Shown here piece by piece: positions 31,899 to 41,867 of a stretch of 64,000 bases of DNA (the first letter of the stretch is position 1; each line of letters starts with the position of its first letter). The stretch is from Thermoplasmata archaeon. Lineage in GTDB: Archaea; Thermoplasmatota; Thermoplasmata; UBA10834. The notes beneath the pieces are model-generated. The model did not search any database. It was not told the origin of the DNA and worked only from the letters and a program-made list of their open reading frames with translations. A program made the position numbers and the translations under genes. The DNA is taken from NCBI GenBank assembly GCA_014859835.1, contig JACZKW010000104.1, positions 51,608-115,607 of the forward strand, written 5' to 3'.

Positions 31899-33140
31899 AT
31901 GCGCATAGAGGTTAAGTATGGGGATGGAAGGGAAGTCGCTGACCTCCCAGACGCGAACATCGGCGAGATTGTGCACCCGAAGGAGTTGCCGCCAGTCGAT
32001 GAAGGCCGACTCCTCGAAGACGCAATAGTCAACCCAATCGGTTCGGACAACCTCGATAACTTCCTGAAGGGAGCCAAGAACGTTCTGGTCATCGTTAATG
32101 ATGCGACCAGACCTACTCCGACAGATAGAATACTGAAGGGGATCAACGCACACCTTGGGAACTCGGATGTCAGTTACCTCATCGCGACGGGTATGCACCG
32201 GGCACCCACAGAGGAAGAGTATCGGTTCATCTTCGGGGAAATGTACGATCAGATCAAGGAAAAGGTAGTAGCCCACGACTCGAAGCATAGCGAGATGATA
32301 TTCATCGGGACTTCGAAGAACGGCACGGAACTCAGATTGAACCGCAAGGTCATGGATGCTGACAGGATCCTTGTGATAAGCAGCGTAGAGCCACATTACT
32401 TCGCAGGATATACCGGGGGCAGGAAATCGTTCCTGCCAGGCGTGGCGGCGTATGAGACCATAGAGCAGAACCACAAGCTAGCCCTGAAGCTGGAAGCCCA
32501 GTCCCTCCGATTGAAGGGGAACCCAGTACACGAGGATATGGAAGAAGTCGTCCACGCTCTGAGAGATAAACGCATTTTCACGATAATGGTTGTCCTGGAC
32601 AAGGACCACCGGATATGCCATGCATCCGCCGGGGACCTGAAACGGGCTTTCCGAGGCGCCGTCAAGAAGGCGGATGAGGTATTCGTCGTCAAGCTCAAGG
32701 AAAAAGCAGATGTCGTGGTCGCGGTGACCGCGTTCCCATATGACATCGACCTTTATCAATCGCAGAAGGCGTTAGATAACGCAAAATACGCTGTGCGGGA
32801 CGGCGGGGTAATCATACTGGTCAGCGCCTGCAGAACCGGGGTGGGTCCAGAAACCTTCCTGAACCTCCTTGGGAGCGCAAATACACCAAAGGATGTGCTG
32901 GACAAGATATCTCACACATACAAGCTAGGCTATCACAAGGCCGGGAAGATGGCTGAGATAGGTCTCAAATGCAGAATGATGGCGGTTACCAAACTCGACC
33001 CTGCAATCGCTAGAAAAGCTCACATGGAGCCGATGCCCACCCTGCAGCAGGCCATCGATACGGCAATATCGGAACTGGGGCCATCATCCAAGGTGACCTT
33101 TATTATGGACGCGGTGATTACTGTGCCACAAGTTCAGTGA
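31899..33140 (+). CDS. larA: nickel-pincer-dependent lactate racemase family protein
   Basis: DATRPTP, ATGMHR, PHYFAGYTGGRK, NH, DLYQSQK. Confidence 0.9.
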   Translation: MRIEVKYGDGREVADLPDANIGEIVHPKELPPVDEGRLLEDAIVNPIGSDNLDNFLKGAKNVLVIVNDATRPTPTDRILKGINAHLGNSDVSYLIATGMHRAPTEEEYRFIFGEMYDQIKEKVVAHDSKHSEMIFIGTSKNGTELRLNRKVMDADRILVISSVEPHYFAGYTGGRKSFLPGVAAYETIEQNHKLALKLEAQSLRLKGNPVHEDMEEVVHALRDKRIFTIMVVLDKDHRICHASAGDLKRAFRGAVKKADEVFVVKLKEKADVVVAVTAFPYDIDLYQSQKALDNAKYAVRDGGVIILVSACRTGVGPETFLNLLGSANTPKDVLDKISHTYKLGYHKAGKMAEIGLKCRMMAVTKLDPAIARKAHMEPMPTLQQAIDTAISELGPSSKVTFIMDAVITVPQVQ

Positions 33141-33174
33141 ACACCACTGGCTTCATCACCGATCGGCGAGTCAT

Positions 33175-34284
33175 ATGGCGGACAAGAAGATAAAGGCGGA
33201 CCGGGCAAGGAAACTCGAGAAGGAGATGCTGACTTGCACTTTATGCGGCTTCTGCAAGAGCGTCTGCCCCTACTTCGAAGACAACCAATGGGATCCATCA
33301 GTTGCGAGAGGCAAAGTGATTCTTGCATACGGTCTTGTGCGCGGCGAGATACCCGCTGACGAATCTGTCGTGAAGCGACTATACCAATGCACCACCTGCA
33401 AGGACTGCGAACGACGGTGCCCGTCTAACATCCAGGTAGTCGATATAGTCGAAGCCGTCAGAGCTGACATCGTCGAAGCTGGCTGTGGGCTCGATGCACA
33501 TACTAAGATCAAGGAGAACGTCAAGAAGACGGGGAATCCATATGGTGAATCCGCAAAGGTTGACTTTGGATGGCCCATCAAAGAAGCTGAGGTAGGATAT
33601 TTCGTGGGATGTACTGCGAGATACAGGCTTCCCGAGATTGCCAGACACACCATCTCGATCCTGAAGAAGCTTAAAGTCGATTTCACGATGGTCGAGGAGG
33701 TCTGCTGCGGAAGCACGCTCAGAAGGACTGGCCAGGATGAAAAGATCGCATTGGAACTGATGAGGACGAACGTCGAGGCTGTGAAGAGGTTAGGCGTGAA
33801 GACCCTGATATTCACATGTGCGGGATGCCTCAGGATGTTCAGGAAGGAGTATCCTAAGCACTTGGAACTAGGCTTTGAGGCACTCCATCTCACCGAGTTC
33901 CTTGCAAGAAGGAAGCTAGAATTCAAACCATTCAAGAAGAGGATCGCATACCACGACCCTTGTCACATGGGGAGGCATCTGAAAGTCTATGATGACCCCA
34001 GGAAGATATTGAAGATGATTCCAGAATCGACCTATGTGGAGTTGAAGGATAGCAAGGATTCGGCGAAATGCTGCGGCGGTGGAGGAGGCGTGCGTTCAGC
34101 TGATCCTGACGCTGCTCAGAGGATAGCCTCACGAAGGGTGAAGGCGGCCTCGGATGTTGCTGATATCCTGGTCACCGCATGTCCATTCTGCGTGACCAAC
34201 CTTAGGTTCGGAAATGACCTGATCAAGGTCGATGTGGAGATAAGAGACATAGCTGAAATAGTCGATGACCTTCTCATCGAATGA
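33175..34284 (+). CDS. (Fe-S)-binding oxidoreductase subunit, GlcF/HdrD-like (2 x 4Fe-4S, 2 CCG domains)
   Basis: CTLCGFCKSVCP, CTTCKDCERRCP, VCCG, YHDPCH, CCGGGGG, TACPFC. Confidence 0.9.
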   Translation: MADKKIKADRARKLEKEMLTCTLCGFCKSVCPYFEDNQWDPSVARGKVILAYGLVRGEIPADESVVKRLYQCTTCKDCERRCPSNIQVVDIVEAVRADIVEAGCGLDAHTKIKENVKKTGNPYGESAKVDFGWPIKEAEVGYFVGCTARYRLPEIARHTISILKKLKVDFTMVEEVCCGSTLRRTGQDEKIALELMRTNVEAVKRLGVKTLIFTCAGCLRMFRKEYPKHLELGFEALHLTEFLARRKLEFKPFKKRIAYHDPCHMGRHLKVYDDPRKILKMIPESTYVELKDSKDSAKCCGGGGGVRSADPDAAQRIASRRVKAASDVADILVTACPFCVTNLRFGNDLIKVDVEIRDIAEIVDDLLIE

Positions 34285-34300
34285 TGACGGTGAGGATACC

Positions 34301-35167
34301 GTGGCTGAAAGGAAGAGGACGAAGAGCCTACCATATTCAGTAAAAATCGGCACCTGCACATTGAGATTGGACATCCCTAGGATCATCGGGATCCTGAATG
34401 TCACCCCTGATTCATTTTCAGGAGATGGGATCGCAGGAGACGCTCTCACCGCAATCGAGCGAGGAGAGATGATGTTCGATTCGGGAGCGGATATCGTCGA
34501 CATTGGTGGAGAATCGACCAGACCAGGAGCAGCGCCAATATCGGAAGAAGAAGAGATTCGCAGGACCATCGAAGTCGTAGAAGCACTTGCGAGACGGCAT
34601 CCCGGGAGAATCTCCATAGACACCCATAGACCGAGAGTCGCTGAGAGCGCGATCTATGCTGGAGCAACCATCATCAACGATGTGACAGGTCTCCGTGACG
34701 GTGAATTGAGGAAGGTCGTCGCGGATCATGATGCGACCGCGATCATCATGCATATGAAAGGGGCGCCGAGGACCATGCAGACAAGACCACGATACAGAGA
34801 CGTGGTCACTGAAATCAAGGCCTTCCTTAACGATCGCATAGAAGAAGCGGAGAATGACGGGATAGGATCGAGGAAGATAATGATCGATCCTGGCATCGGC
34901 TTCGGCAAGACCTTGGACCATAACCTACAGATCCTGTCTAGATTGAGGGAGTTCAGGAGCATGGGAAAGCCAATCGTGATAGGCGTCTCGAGGAAATCAT
35001 TCATTGGGAAGATAACGGGGCTGCCTCCAGAGCAGCGACTGGAAGGATCGATTGCAGCCGCAGTCATGGCTGTAAGGAATGGCGCAGACATTGTAAGGGT
35101 CCATGATGTCTCCGAGACGGTGAGAGCATTGAAAGTCGCCCATGCGATTATCCATGCTGAGGATTGA
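34301..35167 (+). CDS. folP: dihydropteroate synthase
   Basis: GILNVTPDSFS, DIGGESTRPG, DPGIGFGK, SRKSF, VRVHDV. Confidence 0.95.
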   Translation: MAERKRTKSLPYSVKIGTCTLRLDIPRIIGILNVTPDSFSGDGIAGDALTAIERGEMMFDSGADIVDIGGESTRPGAAPISEEEEIRRTIEVVEALARRHPGRISIDTHRPRVAESAIYAGATIINDVTGLRDGELRKVVADHDATAIIMHMKGAPRTMQTRPRYRDVVTEIKAFLNDRIEEAENDGIGSRKIMIDPGIGFGKTLDHNLQILSRLREFRSMGKPIVIGVSRKSFIGKITGLPPEQRLEGSIAAAVMAVRNGADIVRVHDVSETVRALKVAHAIIHAED

Positions 35168-35306
35168 CGGACTTTTTGTCAACATATTGAATGTTCAATC
35201 AGAGAATTGTAAGAACCAATGTATATAGTCTGTCGGCCATTCCAATCACCATAAATAGACATCTTGGGCTCGGTGCCTGTGACACAAGCAGAGATGTAAG
35301 AACCGC

Positions 35307-37160
35307 TTGAACCAGGTGATTCCTATGAAGGAGCAAGAGAACGGCAACGGCCCCATTAAGGTCGATGATCGACAGGGAGAGCGGGGGCGAGCGACTCCCT
35401 GGAATCGGGATGGGAAGACCCCCATCGCAGCCTATGGGCTTTTTGCGCTCAAGCGAGCTTTGGGCATGGATATCGGCTACTTCGAGAAGGAGTTAACATA
35501 CCGTGCAGGCCTCGAATCGGCGGCACAATGCCTCAGCGATCTTCTCACATCGCGGGAAGGGGACGACCCCCAAGAACTCCTGGCAGCAATAGTTGATGTG
35601 TGCGCTAGGGGAGGTTTCGGCCAGGTAGCCGTTCACCGAATAGACCCGATCCACCAGCTGATCGAATTCACTTGTCATGATTCTGCGGAGACTATAGAGT
35701 ATCTGCAAAGTGGAGAGATCCAGAGGAGCCCCTCATGTTCATACACATCGGGATTCCTCGCTGGAATTGGCAAGTTGGTTTTTCCTGTAGAAGGCAAGGA
35801 GGAAGGAGACGACGAGATCATTGGAATGGAACTCGAATGCATCTCCAAAGGAGATAGTATCTGTAGATTCATCGTAGCACCGAAATCGGCCCTGGCACAA
35901 ATGGGGTTGAGGGTCCAACCAGTTAGGGAATCCATATCCGAGCACACGCTAAGACTGAATGAAGAGATCCTGGCCCGAAACCTCGATCTGCAGAATCTGA
36001 ACCTGGACTTGGAGAGGCAGGTCAGGAAGAGGACCGAGGATCTGACACGGTCCGAGGAGCAGTACCGGTCTCTGATCGACCTCTCGCCGGACCCGATTGT
36101 AATCTGCACCCTCGACGGCACGATGAAGACGGTCAACGAAGCAGCTTATGAGATGCTCGGCTACAAATCAGACGATGGATCCGCAAACGCAAGGATCAAC
36201 ACTTGTCTTCTGGACGGGAAGGATGCCTGGGACAGGTGCGTCTGGCAGATCGATAAGGAGGGAATCGCCAAGTGCCAGACCATTGTCTTCATTGGCAGAA
36301 ACGGCCAGAAGATCGTCGGAGACGTATCGGCTCGATTCACCACTATCCACTCGGAAAAATGCGTGCACCTAGTCATCAGAGATGTGTCTGAGAAAAGTCT
36401 TATGCGCACAAAGATGGAGCAGGCGATGAATGACTCAGCGTTCTTCAACGACCTATTGTCACATGACATCATCAACTACATGACCGCTTCAATGCACTTC
36501 CTCGATACCATGAGGAGGTCAGCAGATCTTTCGGATAAGGATAGAAAGGCGGTCGGCGTGGTCGCCAAGAATATCAAGGGAGCTTATGAATTGGCCGCCG
36601 TTGTCCGCGATCTATCCAAAGCGGATGCGCTCGACGGGGAAGAAAGCGAATCCAGGGATTTATCCCAAGTCATGTCCGAGGCGGTTGAGGAGACAAGAAC
36701 GATATTCTTCGACAGGAAGATCTCAATTTCCGTGGAGGTGCCCAGGAACGGATGCTATGCAAGAGCCAATTCACTTCTTGGTAGACTCTTCGTCAACTTG
36801 TTGACCAATGCAGCCAAATTCGATATGAGACCAGAGGCCAAAATCAGAGTCACGGCTCAGGTCGAGACCCACAATAACAAAGAGTTCTGGTGCATCAGAA
36901 TAATAGATAACGGCAAAGGAATACCGGACCAAGACAAGGAGAAGATCTTTGAGAGATATTTCAGAGGGGACGACACAGTATCTGGAACTGGTCTAGGCCT
37001 TCATGTGGTAAGAAAGATTGCAGACGCATGTGGAGGAATCATCTGGGCAGAAAACCATGTACCAGGGGATCACACCAAGGGCACCATCGTGGTCGTCCTG
37101 CTTGAGAAGGGCTCAGAGAGAAGAGAGCATCAACTGGCGAAATCAAATAATGCGGGATAG
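35307..37160 (+). CDS. cytoplasmic sensor histidine kinase (V4R, coiled coil, PAS, HisKA, HATPase)
   Basis: V4R C..SGFLAG...ECISKGDSICRF; PAS ending IRDVS; LSHDIIN; NLLTNAAKF, DNGKGI, GTGLGL. Confidence 0.9.
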   Translation: MNQVIPMKEQENGNGPIKVDDRQGERGRATPWNRDGKTPIAAYGLFALKRALGMDIGYFEKELTYRAGLESAAQCLSDLLTSREGDDPQELLAAIVDVCARGGFGQVAVHRIDPIHQLIEFTCHDSAETIEYLQSGEIQRSPSCSYTSGFLAGIGKLVFPVEGKEEGDDEIIGMELECISKGDSICRFIVAPKSALAQMGLRVQPVRESISEHTLRLNEEILARNLDLQNLNLDLERQVRKRTEDLTRSEEQYRSLIDLSPDPIVICTLDGTMKTVNEAAYEMLGYKSDDGSANARINTCLLDGKDAWDRCVWQIDKEGIAKCQTIVFIGRNGQKIVGDVSARFTTIHSEKCVHLVIRDVSEKSLMRTKMEQAMNDSAFFNDLLSHDIINYMTASMHFLDTMRRSADLSDKDRKAVGVVAKNIKGAYELAAVVRDLSKADALDGEESESRDLSQVMSEAVEETRTIFFDRKISISVEVPRNGCYARANSLLGRLFVNLLTNAAKFDMRPEAKIRVTAQVETHNNKEFWCIRIIDNGKGIPDQDKEKIFERYFRGDDTVSGTGLGLHVVRKIADACGGIIWAENHVPGDHTKGTIVVVLLEKGSERREHQLAKSNNAG

Positions 37161-37352
37161 TCGAATATGTCCATCGCGATTTGAACGCGAATTCAGGTCT
37201 ATTGGTCATCTGATACGGAACCACTTCACCGCTGCAGGGCGGTTCCAATTCCGGAACGGTTGGAAAGGGGTTTCCTGAGCATCCCAGCTACAACATCCCA
37301 CCATGAAGATTAATAATGGAGAGGATTATTCCGCCTTCAGTGGGTTGATTAG

Positions 37353-38852
37353 ATGGCTGGTGGTAGTGTGCGACTATTCTCTGTTCTTGTGCTATGCGGA
37401 TTTCTCGTGGCAACATCGATGCCGGTCTTGCCGATGGAAACGGTATCGGCGTATTCTCCGCACGATCCGATTTACATCTCAAGCGACTATGATTTTACCG
37501 AAGAGAACGGGGTTGTGGGAGGAAGCGGGACTTCTGATGACCCTTATATCATATCTGGATGGGAGATCTCAGCCGCATCTGAAACAGCAATCAAAGTGAG
37601 TGACACCACTGCATCATTCATCATAAGAGATATTCATATTACAGTCAACTCGGGGTATTATCCCATTTGGATTACGGATGCAAGCGGATTCACCATCGAG
37701 GGCTGTATGATAGATGGCCAAGGAAGTTCAATAATTATCTGGTTCTGTTCGGATTTTTCGATATCAGGAAATACGCTGGGGGGAAGCGTGATTGAAGGTG
37801 AGAGTCTAGCGCTGGTCGCAATGATGTGCACCAACTTCAGCATTGAATCGAATACAATAACGATGACTGACTCCTATGTCACCATCTCGTACGCAGATGA
37901 TTTCGATATATCTGGGAATGAAGCACCATATTCTTGTTTGAAGATAGACTATTGCACGAACGGGACCATAGCTGATAATTCTGTGGGTAGGGGCATAGAT
38001 CTCTCCGGCAATCCGTGGCTTACCGACTCCATTGATATCTCGGGTAATACAGTGAATGGAAGATCGATCATATTCGTGAAGAATCAAGACCATGCAGCAT
38101 TCAAAGACCAAACACTCGGTGAATTGATAGTCTTCAATTGTTCGTCTGTCGACATCGAAATGCTTGAACTGAATGGCGATTGTGGGATTGATATCCAATT
38201 CTGCGATGAAGTGACAGTTGCGAATTGCACAATCATCGGAGCCGAAACTGGAATAATGATTGAAGATTGCCAGAACGCGACTGTTGCTAGATGCACTGTT
38301 AGGGATAGTTATCGTGGCATCTACGCCCAGACCGCGGAGAGTATTACCCTGAGTCGCAACCTGATTCAAGGATGTAACTTCAGCATCCAATTCGATTCGT
38401 ACGATGCACTAATCCTTGAGAATATGATCCTTGATGCATTTTGTGGTATTGCATTCGAATCTGGAGTCGCTTTGATATGCTCGAATAGTTTCGTCAATGT
38501 GACTCATGGTGGATTGGCTGTTCGACCAACAATATCCTATTCCCTCATCGAATGGAATGCAGAATATCCAATCGGGGGGAACTATTGGTCGAACTACTCT
38601 GGCATAGATGAACAGAGCGGGCCTGGCCAGGACCAGGAAGGAAGTGACGGATTCTGTGATACCCCGTATTCATCTGGCATGGTGACCGACTATTATCCTT
38701 TGTTCGAGATTCCAGATTTGGAATATGGAGCAGCTGAAAGTCCATCATCAGATGGAGACATCCTTTTGTGGACAATGATCATAGGCGTTCTGGTAGGTGC
38801 AGGGGCGATCATTGCAGTGATGCTCAACAGGAGAGGTAGGAATCCTTCATGA
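37353..38852 (+). CDS. membrane-anchored right-handed beta-helix (NosD/CASH-like) surface protein
   Basis: Signal peptide, GSGTSDDPYIISGWEI, repeated I..N..I strands, GGNYWSNY, DYYPL, C-terminal TM plus RRGR. Confidence 0.85.
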   Translation: MAGGSVRLFSVLVLCGFLVATSMPVLPMETVSAYSPHDPIYISSDYDFTEENGVVGGSGTSDDPYIISGWEISAASETAIKVSDTTASFIIRDIHITVNSGYYPIWITDASGFTIEGCMIDGQGSSIIIWFCSDFSISGNTLGGSVIEGESLALVAMMCTNFSIESNTITMTDSYVTISYADDFDISGNEAPYSCLKIDYCTNGTIADNSVGRGIDLSGNPWLTDSIDISGNTVNGRSIIFVKNQDHAAFKDQTLGELIVFNCSSVDIEMLELNGDCGIDIQFCDEVTVANCTIIGAETGIMIEDCQNATVARCTVRDSYRGIYAQTAESITLSRNLIQGCNFSIQFDSYDALILENMILDAFCGIAFESGVALICSNSFVNVTHGGLAVRPTISYSLIEWNAEYPIGGNYWSNYSGIDEQSGPGQDQEGSDGFCDTPYSSGMVTDYYPLFEIPDLEYGAAESPSSDGDILLWTMIIGVLVGAGAIIAVMLNRRGRNPS

Positions 38853-39085
38853 GAGTCAAAGCCTTTCATGACCTTCTATTGATTTGGCCAATTCAGATCA
38901 GAAAGATGGAAGATATCTGAACTCCGGTCAATTCCCCGCTGATTGAATCCGAGTCGTGACACACTGGCTCCTCAGGGGTTCAAATCCCCTTGAGTCCTAA
39001 CCTATCAGACAAAGTGCTGAAAAGTAAATGGTTTGGGGGACAACGGGGCAGAATTCAATTCCTGCTGATTGAAGAAAGAGCCAGA

Positions 39086-39158
39086 TGGGCCCGTCGCGAT
39101 TTGAACACGAGTCACCAGCACCCCAAGCTGGAAGGATACCAAGCTACCCCACGGGCCC
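39086..39158 (-). tRNA. tRNA-Pro(GGG), no intron, CCA not encoded
   Basis: Reverse complement GGGCCCG...TAGCTTGGTA...CCAGC-TTGGGGT-GCTGG...GTTCAAATC...CGGGCCC-A folds as a cloverleaf; typical position after rpoN. Confidence 0.95.
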
Positions 39159-39193
39159 GAGAAGGAAAAAATTTGAAAGAGGGCTCCCTATCC

Positions 39194-39382
39194 TCAATAG
39201 GGAGCCACTTCGTCTATCAGGTCCGCATGCGTGAGGATCATCCTTCGGCAGCAGTATCGATCGAGGTGTAGAGCGTCGAGGACGTCCTTCGGGGGCTCCC
39301 CCATATCGACTCTCTTCACGAATTCCTCGTATGCACTGCCGATGACCTTTCCGCAAGTGAAACATCTGACGGGTATTATCAA
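39194..39382 (-). CDS. rpoN: DNA-directed RNA polymerase subunit N (Rpo10)
   Basis: [12 protein letters not shown]...RYCCRRM. Confidence 0.96.
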   Translation of the reverse strand: MIIPVRCFTCGKVIGSAYEEFVKRVDMGEPPKDVLDALHLDRYCCRRMILTHADLIDEVAPY

Positions 39383-39388
39383 GGTAGA

Positions 39389-39787
39389 TCACCTGTACGA
39401 TTTCTGGCGATTCTTCCTTGCACCTCTGCCCAGAGGCGTTTTTGGAAGCTTTCTCCTCGGATCCGACACAAGGAGCGAACGATCGTATTTCATGAACATC
39501 GATTCGAGGTCCTTGTCCTCAAGGAACTGCACCATGCCCTTGGCAATAGCGGTCCTTGAAGCGGAGGCCTGTCCCATTATGCCCCCGCCCTGAACATTCA
39601 CATCGATGTTGACCTTCGATGACAGTTCGCCCGCAAGTGTCAATGGCTCCATGATCTTGGTTCTCGCAAGTGCCGGTTCGAATATCTCGATCGGAACGTT
39701 GTTCACCCGAACCAGACCCTTGCCCTTCCTGACGCTTGCGCGTGCGACAGCGCTCTTCCTCTTGCCGCTAGCAACAACAACCTTCAT
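39389..39787 (-). CDS. rps9: 30S ribosomal protein S9
   Basis: GKRKSAVARA, GGGIMGQA, DRSLLVSDPR, QKSYR. Confidence 0.97.
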   Translation of the reverse strand: MKVVVASGKRKSAVARASVRKGKGLVRVNNVPIEIFEPALARTKIMEPLTLAGELSSKVNIDVNVQGGGIMGQASASRTAIAKGMVQFLEDKDLESMFMKYDRSLLVSDPRRKLPKTPLGRGARKNRQKSYR

Positions 39788-40209
39788 TTGTTCAACTCCC
39801 TGCTAGAGCCCAGTTCAAGTGTTATGTCCTTGAGATGTACATACTTGACGAGGTGTGGCTTCTTCGCACTCTCAAGGGTCTCTGGTTTCTGATCCTTGAG
39901 TGATTCAGGGACGCCGACATACACCCTGAGCCGCTTATAGGCGGCTCGTCCAGAGGGTTTCTTGTATTCGAGCATACCCCTGACTGAGCGCTTGAGAATC
40001 GTATCCGCATTGCGTGGATAGTAAGGACCGTGCGTGCCCTGGCCTCGGGACCTCCTTTGCTTGTAAAATGCGAGCAGTTGGACCCTGTTTCCAGAGATAA
40101 TGGCATTCTCGGCGTTCACTATGGCGATCTCCTCACCGCTGAGAAGACGCTTCGCGACATGTGTGCACAATCTTCCCAGAACGAGTCCATCAGCATCTAT
40201 AACCGCCAT
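39784..40209 (-). CDS. rpl13: 50S ribosomal protein L13
   Basis: MAVIDADGLVLGRL, GPYYPR, VRGML, RLRVYVGVP. Confidence 0.95.
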   Translation of the reverse strand: MAVIDADGLVLGRLCTHVAKRLLSGEEIAIVNAENAIISGNRVQLLAFYKQRRSRGQGTHGPYYPRNADTILKRSVRGMLEYKKPSGRAAYKRLRVYVGVPESLKDQKPETLESAKKPHLVKYVHLKDITLELGSSRELNK

Positions 40210-40213
40210 CAGA

Positions 40214-40579
40214 TCACCCCATAATCCTGACCTTGGAGCCCTTCGGGTTCTTTGCGATGAGCTCCTCAATGGACAGGTTCTGTCCACCAGCATTCTTCAC
40301 TTTATCCTTGGCCTGTCCCGAAAACCTGTACGCGGCGACGGTTAGCTGCTTCGCAAGATCGCCGGACCCGAGCAACTTTCCAGGGATGACGACAACATCG
40401 TTCTCTTCCGCGTAGCGGTTGAGTCTGCTGATATTGACCTCAGCCCAGTTACTTGCTGGTCCCTCCAGACGAATTGCGATGTCTCGCCAGACAGGTGCCT
40501 CGTTAGTCCTGCTCGCGTCCTTCAGACGCTGTATCAGGCTCACGAGGTTGGGATTCGTTTTGTTATTCTTCTTTCCCAT
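40214..40579 (-). CDS. rpl18e: 50S ribosomal protein L18e
   Basis: KTNPNL, APVW, VNISRL, VIPGKLLGSG, NPKGS. Confidence 0.95.
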   Translation of the reverse strand: MGKKNNKTNPNLVSLIQRLKDASRTNEAPVWRDIAIRLEGPASNWAEVNISRLNRYAEENDVVVIPGKLLGSGDLAKQLTVAAYRFSGQAKDKVKNAGGQNLSIEELIAKNPKGSKVRIMG

Positions 40580-40628
40580 ATCTGACTCCTCCGACAACCA
40601 GAGAGCAGGCGTCTTAATGTGGGAACTG

Positions 40629-40636
40629 TTTATAAA
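40629..40636. promoter_or_regulatory. palindromic TATA box upstream of the rpl18e operon
   Basis: TTTATAAA, 50 nt upstream of rpl18e and about 20 nt upstream of a + strand hairpin. Confidence 0.55.
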
Positions 40637-40654
40637 GCTTTGTATAGCGACAAT

Positions 40655-40726
40655 AGGCCGGTCCGTCTTATCTGGACAGGGTCAGATGACGTTCTGGAAT
40701 CGGTCGCGGATGGGCCTTCGACACAG
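40655..40726 (+). ncRNA. candidate H/ACA-like single-hairpin RNA
   Basis: Basal stem AGGCCGGTCCG/CGGATGGGCCT (1 mismatch), apical GATGA, ACA at 40721-40723. Confidence 0.3.
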
Positions 40727-40823
40727 ACCGTATCCCAAGAGCAACAATTATATGTCGGTCCAACAGAGAATATATACGGAGTAAGTAATACACGGGAAAC
40801 CCAGCTGGGTTCAGGGATTTCAG

Positions 40824-41867
40824 ATGATACGTTTTGGTCCTGCAGGAATACCACTATCCTGCAAAGGACGTACTTTAAAGGATGGCATCGAGGATGTTCA
40901 CCGTCTCGGGCTTACCGCGCTGGAGGCGCAGCTAGTCAGAGCGCATGTGCAAGAGAGGACGGCAGAACCCGAAGAGATCGGATTGAAACCGATCGAACTC
41001 CCCAATGACATGGTCATTGAGATCGTGAGGAAGAAGGGGTCGAAGGAGGAGGTCATCTATGACCTCGGAGAACCAATAAAGGCAGAAGACAGGCTCGTGA
41101 CATTGTCGAGCGGCCTGGCCAACAACTACAGCGACCTGAGGAAACTGAAGGTCATGGCCGAGGAATTGGATGTAGCGCTATCGATTCACACACCATACTA
41201 CATGGACCTCGTGAGCGATGGCGAGCTGTCGTTCAAGAGCATGGACTCCATCCGATGGGGAGGTGTGATCGCCAAGGAGCTGGGAGGCACCATGGTCGTC
41301 ACGCACCTTGGACTGTATGGCGAGACTAACCCCAAGGTGGCACAAAAACGGATAAAGGAGAAGGTCACGGAACTTGCAGGTTGGTACAAGAAACAGAAGA
41401 TACCTGCACCGATAGGCCTGGAATTGAGCGGTAGACAGGAGATCTATGGCTCGCTTTCGGAGATCACCAAGCTGTGCAAGGGCATCGATGGCGTAGTCCC
41501 GGTGATCAATTTCGCGCACTATCACGCAAGAGAAGGCGGCCAGCTCAAGGACCAGAAGACTTTCGAGGCGCTATTGGAGTCCACCAATGATCTGATCAAG
41601 GGAGAGTACTACACCCATTTCTCAGGCGTTGAGCACGATAGCGGCAACGAGAAGAGATATACTTCAATCAAGAAAGGCGATCTCAGGTTCGAACCACTGG
41701 CCGAAGCAATCGTTGACAGGAACGATTCGATCACAATCATATCAGGATCACCTCTGCTTGAGCATGATGCCATGTACATGAAAGTCATCCTTGAGAGAGT
41801 TCTTGCGAAGAAGGTCTCCAAAGAAGTGAAGACTGGCTCGAAGAAGGAAAAGGCCGGATCCAAATGA
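40824..41867 (+). CDS. endonuclease IV-like TIM-barrel protein
   Basis: RFGPAGIP, SIHTPYY, VTHLG, NFAHYHAR, HFSGV; internal insertion of about 50 aa. Confidence 0.85.
   Translation: MIRFGPAGIPLSCKGRTLKDGIEDVHRLGLTALEAQLVRAHVQERTAEPEEIGLKPIELPNDMVIEIVRKKGSKEEVIYDLGEPIKAEDRLVTLSSGLANNYSDLRKLKVMAEELDVALSIHTPYYMDLVSDGELSFKSMDSIRWGGVIAKELGGTMVVTHLGLYGETNPKVAQKRIKEKVTELAGWYKKQKIPAPIGLELSGRQEIYGSLSEITKLCKGIDGVVPVINFAHYHAREGGQLKDQKTFEALLESTNDLIKGEYYTHFSGVEHDSGNEKRYTSIKKGDLRFEPLAEAIVDRNDSITIISGSPLLEHDAMYMKVILERVLAKKVSKEVKTGSKKEKAGSK

Noticed and set aside
37217-37275. tRNA-Pyl (minus strand begins GGAAACC)
   Set aside because: Too short; no CUA anticodon arm or T-arm
40619-41008. 129-aa ORF upstream of and overlapping the EndoIV-like gene
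   Set aside because: Spans promoter sequence, overlaps a real gene out of frame and shows no motifs
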